Both the position numbers and the translations under genes were made by a program. Of a DNA stretch of 64,000 nt, positions 1-17,752 are shown in pieces. Origin of the DNA: Bugula neritina (taxonomy: Eukaryota > Animalia > Bryozoa). Under the pieces are notes generated by a model. It was given only the letters and a program-made list of their open reading frames with translations, did no database searches and was not told the origin of the DNA. The first letter of the stretch is position 1, and each line of letters opens with the position of its first letter. The stretch is from positions 2,542,001 through 2,606,000 of the forward strand of contig OZ037765.1 in the NCBI GenBank assembly GCA_964035545.1, given 5' to 3'.

Positions 1-1239
1 AATATTACATTGTATAAATGCATTGTTTCATTATATCATATAATGTTATCTTATATTTTATCACATTACCGTATTCAGCTAATGCAAAACAAACAAAATT
101 TAAATGGTGCGATATTTCTTATCTAACTCCAAGGTAGCAATGGAATTCGATTTTAATTTAGGACACTAAAATTCTCTTAATATTATCTTCTTCCACGAAA
201 TGTATTATCGCGTATTATCACCAAGACTTTGCCCTTACATTCACCAAATCCTCACAAATTGATCTCTATTTGACTGCTAAAACATGGTCTGCCTAAACTC
301 AGTTTGATTTCAGGATACAAAAAATTCCTCCAAGAACATCACGCCAATTTAGCTTAAGTAGCTCATGCATCAAAAACGCAAGAAAAAATTACATAATGCT
401 ACCAAGCTGTAACATAATAAGTGAAAACTTTCGTAAAAAAAAAATTTCTACCATTGCTTTCAGCATTTGTGTTGAATAATTAAGGAGATCGTGCATAACA
501 ATAGTAAGAAGTAATTATAATGACGAGTAAGATAACAAATGGCCGCTGATGCAAAAGGAAATTCGTAAATTTACAGTAATGAGTAGCCAAATTAGTAAAA
601 AGAACCTATTTTCATGTGAATAATTGACCCCTGACCTTTGTAGACAAGTGACCTATATATACACATAGCCAAAGTTCCTAACATGAGAAAACTATTTCAG
701 ATCGAAATGACAAGGTAAGGAAACACAACTCCCCAACCTGGTTAGTTGCAGTCAAATCGAGAACAATACATGGGAAACCAGTGAGCATATTTGAGCTCGT
801 GATCTCCCAGCTCATTTCCAATTTCAATGTACTGATTCCATTGGTTAAAAAACACAGTGAGTGAAATCACTTTTTTTGCATTTACTAGATTATATATCAC
901 CGTGAATATATACTATGAACTTTTAACCAAAATTTTACGAATAAATAAAACATTTTAATTAGGAAACTAAAGATTGAACATAGGAGCCGAAGTCATCCAC
1001 AACTTACATTATTTCCAACTCAAAACTTTTTATTATTTTCAGAAAATGTCTCCCCTGAGAATTACTGCATTGGCCACTATAATATTTTTGTAATAGTAGT
1101 TAATCATAATGATCTAGAACAATCATTTAAATCAGCAGGTGTGCAACTAAGAAAATTATCAAATGAGTTGACGAGAAAATTTTCCACAATATTTTCAACA
1201 ACGTAGAGAGCTGACCAACAGCTATATCTTAGGAACTCA

Positions 1240-4078
<2,839 letters not shown>

Positions 4079-5199
4079 GTTATGTAGGCTATATAAAAAT
4101 CAATGAGTAATACTTCACTAGATGATGAATAGTATAGATGACCTGGGCAGTAAAGTTGAAGTCAGGTGACAAAATAGTGTAATGATAATAAAGTTTTGAA
4201 AGTCATATCAAAACATACATGTTAAATAAATAGACAATAGTAATAAAAGTGAAAAAATAATCACATTACATACCACTGGCATCACTATGATAATAAGTAA
4301 AAGAGTTAAATTTGTGACTTTCTGGCTAATCATTGAAAAAAGCCATGATGTAATGCCAGTATCAGTATAAACACACCTCAACTGAAAAGAAATTAATGGC
4401 AAATTTGAGCTGTCAATTTACTCCTATCCAGATTAAAAATCTATCAGTATCACCATCTTCAATGTTAGTATAACTATAATAATCGGTAAGTGTAATAGTA
4501 ATGAGTAAATTTAGTGAATTTATTAATATTTTGATTAGTACAAGTATTGATAAGGCTACTGGGTTACAATTATAACAATATCAATATGAATATCTGTTGA
4601 TATTTTCATCGTTGTATTATTAACAATCTCAAGCCAAACTGTATTTAAATTTAATAAACTCTAGGAACCAATTATTTTTTATTTAGCTTTAAGTTTAAAC
4701 ATTAAAATTTAAACACAATAAAACTGAAATTAAAAGCAAATTCCCTTTTACTTTTAGATATCATTTATAATTTTATTCCAAGTTACACACTGATTGACTG
4801 AGCCATAAACCATTCCGAAAAAAAACTTAGACTAAGATTTGAGTTGACTACAACTACAAGTACATCTTTAACTGATAGCGATTGTCATAACTACAATTTT
4901 GGCTTATCATTATTACATATTTACCCATACTGCCATAGGCATATCCATATGGCTATATCCATATTCAATTTCATAACAATATTCATATTGAGAATTTCTG
5001 AATTGGTTGTGGAATCCCGAATCAAGCTTATAGTTACTGATAGTGTTAGACAGTGACACTCACACCCAAAAATAAAAGTAAATCTCTACGACTAAAGTTC
5101 TCTCAGTCTCACACTCACAGTCACTCTCACTCTGCACTGACTTTGAGTTTGAGCCCTGTGCGCTGTGCCTGAGGCAAACATAATGATAGTACTAGTAGT

Positions 5200-5900
5200 A
5201 GTAGATACTATGAATGAAACTATAATCATTAAATAATAAATATTCTTAGCAATCGTATAGCTATATTATAATGATAATCATGGGGGTGGTTTGTTGCGGA
5301 TGAAGCCACCAGAAAAGTAAATATAAATAATAATTAAAACCCTTTCAAAGTTTTAAGGAGCAAAAATCAATGCCTTTTGTTAAGAAACGTATTTAGTGGA
5401 AACGTACACATAATTAGCAAATGGCATAAAAGTCTTTGAGGAGTTTTGCTAATATTGACCTACAGATATCATTGAGGAGCAACTTTGACCTGAGCCAAAT
5501 TTCTATTACATTTTTTTGCTGAGAGTTAAACGGAGACCCCGATACTACGAACTATTTATTTATAGGAATTTTGAGCAATTATTACATACGTCGAGCTTGT
5601 GAAATAAAAATCGCTTGAAGAAGCACCAAGCTAATGGTCATTGAGTGCATGTGTTTAAGTTTGGCGTTCGGACAACAAGACGTTTACGAATGCTGTACTC
5701 AGTTAATCCAAACTTGGTGCTCCTTCTATTGATAGTGATATTCTTGTACGTACTAAGATTTTTAAAGTTTATGTTATGCTTATACTAATACTTATAGCTC
5801 CTATTACTTTTAGATAGAAACTAAGATTGTATTACTTATTTTGGCCAACTTATTTCTATTCTGTGTTACTATTAGACATTAGTATTTATAATATATTTTA
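5200..5900. promoter_or_regulatory. Probable bidirectional promoter region for TFB1M / C7orf25 (boundaries approximate)
   Basis: Divergent genes, both with a splice acceptor just before the ATG; locally CpG-richer patch at ~5530-5750. Confidence 0.4.
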
Positions 5901-6679
5901 TATATAAATGTTCATATTATTATTAGTATCACTCTATCAGACTCAGTAAGACTAAGTCAAAGTGTAACTCAAACTGAAACTGTAACTGTAAGACGTAAGT
6001 ACTTGTAAGTGTAAGTACTTATAAATAACTGTACATTTACAATACTCAAGAGACAGACTCACACTCAGAGTCAAACTCAAAGTCAAGGTGATTCGTGAAA
6101 CTGAATGGCTATTGAGTATTGATATTGGCTATTGGCAATTTTAAAAATTGCTGAGCCTGATATTTACAACTAATGAACTATGGGTGGACTCGTTGACGTT
6201 TGCATTTGGCAAAACTGATCATAATAATTCATTCTCATATTGTAGTTTTATTTATAATTATATGGATTGTAGCAATCTGAATCTTTGTTCTTTAATTGAT
6301 AATTGTGACTGAAGATAAATGTTTTATATTCTCAGATCAACACCACGAGTTTTATGTTAGAATTAATTTATGGTACTTTGGCCCGAGTCTTATTAGATTT
6401 CTGTTAAACCAAATGTAAGTAAAGTAGTCAAAACATATATTTAACTGAAATAAATGTGTGTTTAACCTGTAACGTTTGCTTATAGTTATATGAAGCTTTG
6501 CAATAATTTAGTTAGTAGGGTTCAAATTTGCTTTAAAAATGTGCTTCAGGACTCATGCACTATCATTAAAGAAGTATCAAATAGGCTACCTTATAACTTA
6601 TATCTAATGAAAATGTGACTATTTTACATTTATCATGATGCTTATTAGCATTGTTGTGTATGGTTTTTAGTACGGTAAT

Positions 6680-8427
6680 ATGGATGAGCTTGAAAAAGCT
6701 CAAAACCTACTTACCGAAACTGCTCAACTGGCCAAAAGTGATTCTACACTAACTCGTGTTTGCCAAAAACTTTCAAGAAAAATCAAAGCTGACTTGCAGT
6801 TTCTACAACGACATCGTCACAAGACTAATACCAACACGCATGACCTGACCAGCAGCAATGTACCGTACTTATCTGGAGTGTTGCGTGTTATCAAAGAGTC
6901 CAATCAAGTCCAGGATGTGATTTGTGACATGAGGAAGTATGGAATAATTGTTGATGTTATTTGTGATAATGGAAAAACATGGAAGAAAGTAATAGCTCGA
7001 AATCCTCAATCTTTACACTTGATCTGGGCAGGCAAAGGACAGTACGGCACGAAAGATGTTGTTAAAAAAGCCTGCAAGTACGCTGATTGTGCTAAACTTC
7101 ACAGTGAAATCTCTCCTCCGCAGGTGGTCTGTGTGTTTTGTAATGGTGTGACGTATGACATGGCTGAAGCTCTCGAGTCCAAAGGTATATTAGTGGACGG
7201 GGAGAGGGTTGATGTCTCACAGGAAGTAGTTGACAAGCTAGTCGGGGTGTTTGCTGAGTCTTCGGATGACAGCGATTCGGATGACAATGATTACAAAAGT
7301 TTTGGAGCACCAAATCAGATGAATTCATCTCCACCTTCTTCTCTTTCGGTAATAATATACTAAAAACTTTTAACATATTCTAGTTTCTCTTTAGGATTTT
7401 CCACAACTGAGTAAACTCATTATTGGCCTTCCTATTACCTAGCATTTTGTGTATTATTTAAGATCTTAAGGTTAAGTCATTCTTGGTTAACAAGGTGTTC
7501 TATACAGTGAATTCATGCTTATAGTTCACATGTATATCTGATGGAATAGTAGTGTCAGTTTATTTCAAGCTACACAAAAAGCTGCAGAAAACCTTCTAGT
7601 CAGATTGCATTTTTATCGAAAGTTTTGTGATGTTGCTTAGCTGTTTGTGTTTTCTTAAAAGTATGTGCATGTTTCATATGACATGCTAAATTCAACTCAA
7701 GCATGAAGGCCAAACATGCGTTCTTGTCTGAACAGAATTAAAAAAGAAAATCATCGTAAGATGTTGTCATTTTATAAGTTTTTTGCAAAAATTTGTAATG
7801 GTATTATTTGTTTTAAAAGTAATTTATTAGACTAGAAGCTGTTGTGCTCTGTAGATTGCAGAAGCATTGCCATTGGACCAAGCAAAGTGTATCGAGGAGA
7901 TACGAGAACTGCCCAGTAATGAGAAGGTCTTCCTAGACATCACGACTATGCTGGTCTACATCTCAGACGTCTGTAACGGCGGATGTGAGTTTGAGTTTAC
8001 TGAGAAGATACTGTTGGAGCAGGCAGCTGCTGAAAGACTTGGCTCCGCCCTCTCAACCATCTTGCCCAACATGACTGACAGGTTGCTGGTGACGTGTCAG
8101 TCCGCGATGGACGACTACTGGGGAATCGTGAACGTGATGGCCGGCGAGGAGGAAACAAGACGAGCTCGAGAGTTGAGTGACAAGGTTACTGTGGTCGCCG
8201 ATACCGTGTCTGCCAGATTTGCTTCTCTTGCGGCTAGTGGGCAGATTAAAGAAAGGTCAAAAGTCATATTTGGTACGGCTGACTGTTTAAAGTGTGAGAT
8301 ACTGACATCTAATGAAGGGTTTGTAAGGGCGGCTGCCGCACAGGATATTCATATACCGGCCATCTTGCACCAGCCCCGCGCACTCAGTGAACAAAAGAAA
8401 ATACAAGGAAGTAAACATTCTCAGTAG
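6680..8427 (+). CDS. C7orf25: UPF0415 protein C7orf25 homolog (DUF1308 family), ~413 aa. Coding exons 6680-7348 and 7855-8427
   Basis: Motifs SSNVPYL, VDVICDNGKTWKKVIARNPQSL..W.GKGQYG, LDITTMLVYISDVCNG, IKERSKVIFGTAD..LTSNEGFVRAA..HQPRALSEQK. Phase-0 intron tcg|gtaat ... ctgtag|att joins the two long ORFs in frame. An acceptor (ttttag, 6670) just before the ATG implies a non-coding first exon. Confidence 0.88.
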
Positions 8428-11400
8428 TCTATTCGCTATGCCAGTTATTTATTTCTTGTTTTGAGTCATCGATGAGCTTTGATCATAAATTGAAAATACT
8501 GTATTTTGCATCTATAATTTGTTTACCTAAACTTTTGGTAAATAAATATTTTTTTCTCAGACTCAGATTTTGTAACAAGCCTTGTTACCCTTGCCATGTG
8601 ATGTGCGAGTATTTCAGGATGTGTTTTTATATTCACTGAACTGCACAGTTGGAGATGATGTGGAATAAAATGTTGATGTTTGTGTATGATTAAAGTATGC
8701 AATCTGTAACTACCTTATATGTAATATTAAACCACCTACCAAGTTGTACTTAGCTGTAAAATAATTCTACAGGCAGCATTAGTCCAATATTTGGTTGTAT
8801 TTGGAGTTGTGTGCTTGATAATTTATGTGCAATCAAAGGAATTGGTTGTAGGTGTTCATGCTTTATTTATTGGGTAATTTGAGTGCAATATCAATTCCAA
8901 TTATTTTGCTTTAAAGAAAATACAAGAAAAAGAATACCTGAGGACGGTATATATATGAGTTTTTTAAAAGATATGCATTCACTAGGAATAAACACAAAAT
9001 TATATAGGCTACATATACCAGAAGTATTTTGGTTTTCACAAAATGTGACCAAGAAGAGTAATTAAGAAGCCCTACAAGATATTAAATGTTTTGAGATTTT
9101 TAGTGTGAATTATCATGCAGATACCAAATTACCTGACACAAAGATTTCATATGTGAATTAATTAAAATTTAAAACTACTCCAAGATATCATGCTCATAGC
9201 AACAACATTAATTATCATGAAATATGCTAATAAACAGTATATTTAGCAAAATACCATGCACATACAACCATTTAGCACATGCCACTATTCAACACATACA
9301 GCTATATAGCATATGAAGCTATTAATTATAGCACATACAGCTAATTATCACACTGAATACCCAGGATTATTTTTAGCAACTATACAGTATATTGGTTATC
9401 TGAAAAACCTGTCAACATCTTCAGTGTCTTTAATAAGCACTTGTCAAAGTTTGTCACCTTAAAGTATACAAAATTTTAATGATTCAACCTAAGAGTTTTG
9501 CCAGGTTAGTTTTATATAAAATTGTGTTCAAGGACTGCGTCTGCATCTATTCAAGTACAATAATTATTATACCGGAGAAGCCTTAGAAATATGCAGCTCC
9601 TTGGAAACAAAGTTAAACCAATCAATAAAGAAAAACATTTCATATGTGAGAATAAATAAGCTATTTAATTAAATCTTTGGTGAATCTGTCTTGATTGAAG
9701 CTCATCAACAAAATAAATTTAGATATCAAAGCAATCTATTAGTCTGGCCTGTGATACCATCTATATAATACAATATAATAAGTTGATAAGAAGCTAGTAC
9801 TGAGCTGAGTGTAGAGCAGCTGTTTTGGGAGTTATCTCCTCACCAGCACAGAACAAAGTATCTTGGTCCACATTTTCAAAATAGGAGAAACTTATGATTC
9901 AACTAAAGCATATTTAAAAGGCGCGGAAATTTTAAGCTAGAGATGAAGATATTGAAATATATATAATAGATAAATGCAAACTTTACTTTGAATATATTGA
10001 TTTAATCTGTGTGAGCAAAAATAATCAAATTTTTATTGATTTTAAAACATTTAAAACAGTTTTATATGTATGCTTCAGCTTATATCAAACTGTGGTATTC
10101 AAAATAATAATTATATTGCGCTGTGCTTTCAACTGTCTAGTATATACTTTATACATCATATGAGAAAATTACAAGTCTCTCTAAAAGTCAAGTACAATAT
10201 CACTAAGTAAGTATTTTATAAAGTAATTTCAAACTTCTTTTATGTTTGCAGCTGAAAAAGCTTCTTATTTGTAACATTTTTTAACGCATTTATGAAACTC
10301 AAAAGTTAGGTGCTCAAACTATAAAGAAAAATGACTTTCTTTTGTCTAAGATTACTATTGTAAAGTTTTAATTTCTTTATTTTGAAAACTAAAAAATTTG
10401 CAAACAGATATGTCAGTTGAATCCTAGGGTTTGAGTTTAATTATATCATGTTCTAAATTTTGCAGAACTTAGATGTTCACATAGATTTTAGAGCAGGTCG
10501 GCATTTATCTGCAGGTTTCAAATAAATAATCATTAGTTAAGATCAGATTTACAATTGATTCATATATACTGCAACAGTTAATTATGAATTCATTAGAAAC
10601 TATATTATATATGAGAACGTCTAAAGAAACATTCTGCATGCAGTCAATTTTCTAATGCTAAATAGATGTGAACTTTCATTAGTGAATAATTGATTTCTTA
10701 GAGTTGGTTGTGATGAACTCAAGTAAGCTGGTTTTAAGATTTTAAGAACACAACAGCTTGCAATTCAAATGCAAAGTTATGTGTACAGTTTCTAGTTTGC
10801 TAGTCTAGTAATTGATTACTAGTAAACTGAACCTATAATACTAAGAACAATATATGTTTATATATAATACTGTATGACTGCTGGAATATTGGATGAGTTA
10901 TAGGTTAGGTATTACTTGGGGACAGCTATTCACTGTTTACAATATCACTTAGGGGATTTCTAATGTAATGAAGATCTACAAAAACACTCACACGCATCTG
11001 CGTTTTAATATCTTTTCCTTAACCAACAAGACACTATCTATATATGTGAGTATGTCTTACTTATGAATAAAATGTTTAGTTCCAGCATAACATTCAAACC
11101 ATCTTCTACTGACGTTTTATGAAGACTAACAATCTAATTTATTATATAAACAGTGTTATATTTGTGGAAGTTTTACAGTGAATAATTAAATAGACCCTAT
11201 TGACTATGACTTATGTCACCAGGAATATAAATTTGTTAGAAAGGTTGCAGAAGTTTTGTAGTAATTGTATCAAGTAGTGCTCAGCAAAATACTGGAAAAT
11301 ATTTGTAGTTAAGTATCAAATGACTATTTTAGTAGTAGATATTTTAATGAGTGAAGAAAAACAGCTACATTCTATATGTTTCTATATGAAGCTGTAAGTT

Positions 11401-13055
11401 TGAGTCTATACTCTAGAGTTTAGAGTATAGACTCTAGAGTATAGATGTTATATCACCAAAAATATTTTCATACCCACAAATTAAGATATTAAATCTACTG
11501 CTGCTATGTAAATGCCTTTCAGATTGAGTGAAAATAGTACATGGAAATTGTTTTGTATTGAGATGTTATAAAAATTCCAAAGGGTTATAAACTTGGAGAA
11601 ATTTGATAGAAACTATCAAATCTCATAACAGCAACTGTGCATGCATTTTTAGAAGACTCTAGGAATGTTTGCCATTTTAGCATCATTTGACAGCATCTAA
11701 GTTATGATGATTGTAATTCATGCCACCTATAGCATTACTATAACATATTATTCAAAGTAATCAAATCTCTGCAGATTTGATTATTTTAGCAATGCACATC
11801 AAGTAGCAGTGAACGTAACCAATGAGTTAGTAAAAGTTTTCTTCCTAATTTGAACCTAAAGTTTGGGTGCAAAACTTAAACTGGCAAATCGAATAGAAAT
11901 TTCTCTAAACCTGTTCTTAAAACATGTTTAGAATTTAACCTTCGTCTCTTTGCAAATTGAATAAAATTAATTATTATTAATGTGAGTGCCTTTTGCTTAC
12001 TGTTTATTGCAAGCATAAATTATTAACACTTTGAAGTACAATAACTAGGTGCTTTTAACATAGCTACCTATAATAACATTGTGTGTAAGACATAATTTAA
12101 AGCAGGATGTAGAGAAATCACAGGTAAATTTATGAAGAGCTACTATTGAAATTTAGCAGCTTGTATAGTAAATTTACACTGAGCTAATTGTATGTATATA
12201 TAATTATAGGAGTGTTGTTTTGAATAGTAGTTATTCCTTGAGAGTTTTCCTCCCTTTATAGGGTAGCAGTGTGCAACCCTCCCATAAAGAGTAAAATAGG
12301 ATGTTTTCAATGACCGACTATGATACTAAATAATATATTGTTGTGACACTATAGATTAAGATTCAGCACTCTAAAAGGTAGAATAAGCTGATCAGTATAT
12401 AGTCAAGGTGCATGTAGGGTTTTGATTATTGTATATAAACAGCTACTCTACACCGATTACCTATATGCAGGTATGTGTTGCATCAGTAATATAATATGAT
12501 ATTATGATTTTATTTTGCTGAGTATATGTATATATTATAAAGTTTTCATTAAGTACAATCTATACAAATGGATGTATGATTTAAAGGAAAGGAAGATTAT
12601 TTAGGTAAGGGTCTTCACAATTGATTTTATATGGAACTGTAATTTAAAACACAAAACTCTTAACGTTTTTTTCTGTTGCATGAGAATTGAAGTCAGGCAA
12701 TTTGAATTTCAACCTAATATCTAGAGATAGTGGCTTTATTGAATTGAAGTAACAGTTCCACTGAGCTGTTGGTATCATTTCATGATAATAACATCATAAA
12801 TATAACTTAGGTTTCTAGGCTAAGCAATGCTAGTATTCAAATGAGAGAAACTTAACAAGATAGATTATTATTCATAAAGTGTATTTATACTTTTAATATA
12901 TAAATTATTAATTAGTTTTTTAGCACTTAGCAGTTGTGTAAAAGCTACAAATGAAAAGTTTATATACTAGATTTATGGGCACTTCTGCATGTTTAGTAAT
13001 GATAAACTTAGAATAGATTTGTAGAGGCAATTTTCAACAGCTGAAAACAAACATT

Positions 13056-13477
<422 letters not shown>

Positions 13478-13657
13478 ACGTTTATTTGAAATGACAGTTT
13501 AGGCGACTGGCTTGTGTTTGCCAAACAGCTTGATAGTATAAATCTTAGAATGGTAAGGGAAAAAAATTGATTTTTTTTATACTCAAAGAAGTGTAAAAGA
13601 TTTGTCAATACTGCATTATATTATTCTAATTATATTACAGATTGTATAGCTGTTGCT

Positions 13658-13920
13658 ATGGAGACGAAAGTATTTAACTTGGATATAAAAGGTGACAGCA
13701 TACGCTATGAACGGCATTCCCAGCATAACGGTCAGCTTGGTTCAAGTGAAGCACCTCTAACATACAGACGGCAAACTATCACCCACGCCAGTGAGATGTA
13801 TAGGAAGAAGTTTGTAACCTCCCAGCAGAAAGGAGAGCAGAGGCTAAGATGGGAGGATTCCAGCCCTTCCTCACCGGGTTACGTGGCTGTTCTCAAGCTA
13901 AGGTCTCGAAGCTACTCCGT
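13658..13920 (+). CDS. PDE4: PDE4 candidate alternative N-terminal exon A (87 codons + 2 nt)
   Basis: ATG-initiated GC-richer ORF ending ccgt|gtaagt in phase 2, matching the phase-2 acceptor at 38323; acceptor tacag at 13640 suggests a further 5' UTR exon. Confidence 0.6.
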
Positions 13921-16900
13921 GTAAGTCATTTATTTGTGTCATTAGAAACTGTAAAAACTGACAGCAAGATATAGAAAATACAGTAGAAGAAACTCTCAGT
14001 TCATTTCACTTTTGAATAACTAACCCTCAGAAAAGTTGCAACTTGTTATGTTTTGTTTTACTAACTTCTTTTTAAAATGTCACACTACTGTTTGATTAAA
14101 CATTGCTAGAAGAAGTTCAAAAGAAGCTGAGGCTATGAATCAGTGCTTGAAAATACTTTTTTAAGTTTTTCTGAAAATTTAAACTTATCTGCATGCTGAT
14201 AGTCTGAAATATAATTAAATTTACAATGCCAGCAGTTTATAGATTTTATAAACTGTCAAACAATTTGAGCTGTTTCTATAACCATGCATGCAGAGTTTAG
14301 CTTATTAGCTGCAGCAATAAACATAGTTGCAATTCCATAGTTCTCATGTACTCTAATAGAGGATGGGGCCTTCAGTATACCCCCTACTAAACCATCTCCT
14401 GTCTACTAATCTCTGAATATAGTTTGAACTAGTTTTCACGTAGTATATTATTCACAATGTATTGTGTGATGTGTATAACAGTTTATAGTAGCTACTTAAC
14501 TCAACTCTTCTGAAGTTTCTGCCTTAATCAGGTCATACACCCAACTTTATATCAATAAGGGATATTCAGTAAGAAGGGAAACATGCTAGTTGTGCAAGCA
14601 CTATGCACCAACATGCAGACTCTTGTCATGTGTCAAATATAGAACTTGACCAGGTGGTTTCAGCTTTAAACATATACCTGCAGATGCATGACAATAATCA
14701 AACTATTATCAATATAAAAATAGTTATTATATATATTAATATTATATTTAGATGGATGATGCAGAAATTATGTTACAATTTTTAACTTCATTTATTAGCC
14801 CAAGAATATTAATATATAATTTCATCAACAAACAATTTCTCTCATAGACAATCTGTGTTATTGAGCTTGTAGTGATAGAAGTTAACAAAGATTTCTAATG
14901 ATTATACATTTCTAATTCTTTTACCCAAGTTTTAAAAAATTTAGTTTTCTCAAAATAATCCATCTAAAAAAAATCTAATGATCAAAACTAAAATTCATTT
15001 AACCACTAAACATTTTTATAAGAAAATCATTGGGGGATTAAACTCAAAACTGATGGTTGTGAAATTTTGAAATACATTCTTCACTGCAATATGCTATAAC
15101 TATAAGCCACTTGAAGGTATAGCAACCTACAAATAGCAGACAGGATAGATACTTGTATAGTCCTAATGCTAAACTGAATGAATTAAATTATACATCATTT
15201 ATTTGGAAGAGATGTTAACATAAGAGGGGGTAATGACTGCTATGATTGCTCAATGAAATGTCATAACTCTGGTTCACTACTAATCAAATAGGGGAAGATA
15301 CCAAGAGAATATATAATTATTATTATCTGGTATTTCAATGGGTTAATGACACTTCTACTCTATGCTATCTATTCAGTATCTATATTGCATAAAACTACTA
15401 AAAGCTGTTAGAATGCATTTGGAAAATTATTTATATTCAATTGTGAAATTTCAAGTGCTATATTGAAAGTTTTGACACGAACTTTTAGCATATGTATTAT
15501 AGTATGTGTGCTATAAGTGGTGTCAAGGAAAATTAGCAATAACAAAATTCTTATCAAAAATTAAATGACACGCTTGCATGATGTCAAAACCTATTATAAA
15601 ATGTCAATATCACAACTTTCCATAGAAGTCAATGTTACTACAGTGCTTCTATTAGACTGGTATACAGCATGTATACATGTAATACCTGTATATAACTGCC
15701 AGAGCTTCATAATTATTTACCAATTAATGCAGTGTTAGGAAAATTTAAACTTAGTAATTGGAGTGAAGCTATAGAAAAGGCACCTTGTTGTGTTAGTCTG
15801 GTGAATTGAATCCCACAATGTCGCTGGTGATGTATTGAGAGTCACTCAGTCATTGATATCCATCATATGCCACATTTGAAACTTCTCTTATTAGTGTAGT
15901 TTGAGTTTATTTGAAATCGTTATTATAGAGCTTATTGGTTTTTGAGTAAACACTTTATAACTCCTTTAATTAAATGAAAACAGCTATTGTCTTGCGATAC
16001 CTAACAAGTCATGAAATGAGTTACTTGTTTCAATTGCATAGTGAATATGCAAGAACATAAAATAAATAAATTATATACGCTAGTTTTAACAGTTGAAATT
16101 GATGACCAAACAGTTTTTTTAGATATATTATAATCATCATTACCTAAAGAGTCATCATTTTATAATCGAATTTTGTCTTTGCCAAAAAATATGATAGTAG
16201 AGTTGTCTTTTATGACTTTTACTATCGAACAGTTTATAATTTGATCTATTTTTACATATCTGGCCTTCTTTGAGTTTGAACTTCATAGGTGGGGTGGGGG
16301 TGGTGGGGGGGGGGGTTAGTGCTCATCACTTATTTACTAGGACAACACTCTAACTACTAGACCGATCTACTCCTTTCTTATATGTAAGAAAATTTATCTA
16401 TAGTAGCAGAACATATATACGTATATCCTTTATAACTATTCTGATGAAATTTCTTTAGTTTAATGCAGTATTATGATAAAATGTTGAGCTAGAAGCATCT
16501 TTATTCATCTTTCAATGGCTGTTGACACAGTCATTTACTATTTCTACAGATTTGCTGTTTATATTAATAGTATGTAGCATGTAGTATGTATAGTATCATA
16601 TAAATTTTTCATATCTTTTAGGTGTACTAAGGAAATTATCTTAATGTTTGTATGAGTGGGGCTAACATACTTTTTATGTTTATAAATTCAATAATTCAAA
16701 CCTTGAAAAACTTTGTTTTAATTAGAGGTAAGACAACTACCAGCAAGTTAAAAATGTTATTTAAAAAGTTTAGTACAATTTTATCATTTATTATCATAAA
16801 AAAAGAATAAAGAAGCTTCAAAACTCTTCCTACTATATATTTTGATGTGACTTGTGTGAGTATATAAGATCATGCAAGGTAAAACTTATAATAACGATTA

Positions 16901-17627
16901 TATATTATATTGCTACATTTTATAATATTTGTATTATTATATTATAACTATAATTGAATATAATAATGATAGTAAAAATGGCATGCTTATAAAAAGTAAG
17001 TAGAACAGCATTTTTCTTCCTAGTACCTTTCCACTCCGTGTAATGCTACTATATAATACTATGAGTTTAAATTTTTGGTATTTTTATTTATAAATAATTA
17101 TAACGAGATGAATTTTCTAAAAGTACACAGCACCATTTTGCTGTATCAACCATAAGCAAGTTAGTAATGAGGTAGTATGTACATGCTGTATGACGGATAT
17201 AAATGTCATATTAGTTTAACATGTCATTTCTGAAATGAATTAAAACATAGTCAAATAACACGCTAACAATTGTAGCAGGAACTTCTAGCTGCTTCTTTCT
17301 GTAAATAATTTGTGTTTTGCCTTATGTAATATTACAAATAGAATTATGACTATGTCAGACAGGATGTATTGGAGATAAGAACATCCTTTTTTCTAACAAA
17401 TCGCCAACTTTTGCTACATTACATTTTACATTAATATCTACATAATTCATCACATACATCATTTCCCGTACGTCATATAACTAATATCAGATTTAGCATC
17501 TCAAGAAATATCTCCAAGTTTTGATGCTGCATTGTATGATTTCTTTCTCTCTGATCAGTTGCTTGTTTTATTGCCCGTAAGCTGAATTAGTAGCAAGCAT
17601 TAGAGTATTCATGTATAATTGCTTACC

Positions 17628-17752
17628 ATGACTCTGAAAAGCAAGTGGGAAGCTTTCTCCGCCAGAGTCGGGTTGAGCAGATTAGCTGCTACTGTTTCTA
17701 ATTGGATTAACACCTCAGATGCAAACCGGCAAGAGGATATACAAGTTTCAGA
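17628..17752 (+). CDS. PDE4: PDE4 candidate alternative N-terminal exon B (MTLKSKWEAFSARVGLSRLAATVSNWINTSDANRQEDIQVS)
   Basis: accATG context, open 125 nt, donor aga|gtgagt in phase 2. Confidence 0.55.

Noticed and set aside
7092-7376. Minus-strand ORFs over C7orf25 exon 1
   Set aside because: Antisense shadows of a real coding exon.
11402-11434. 14-bp perfect hairpin (also a short near-palindrome at 44978-45004 and G/C runs at ~16290 and ~40060)
   Set aside because: Short, low-complexity local duplications with no supporting context.
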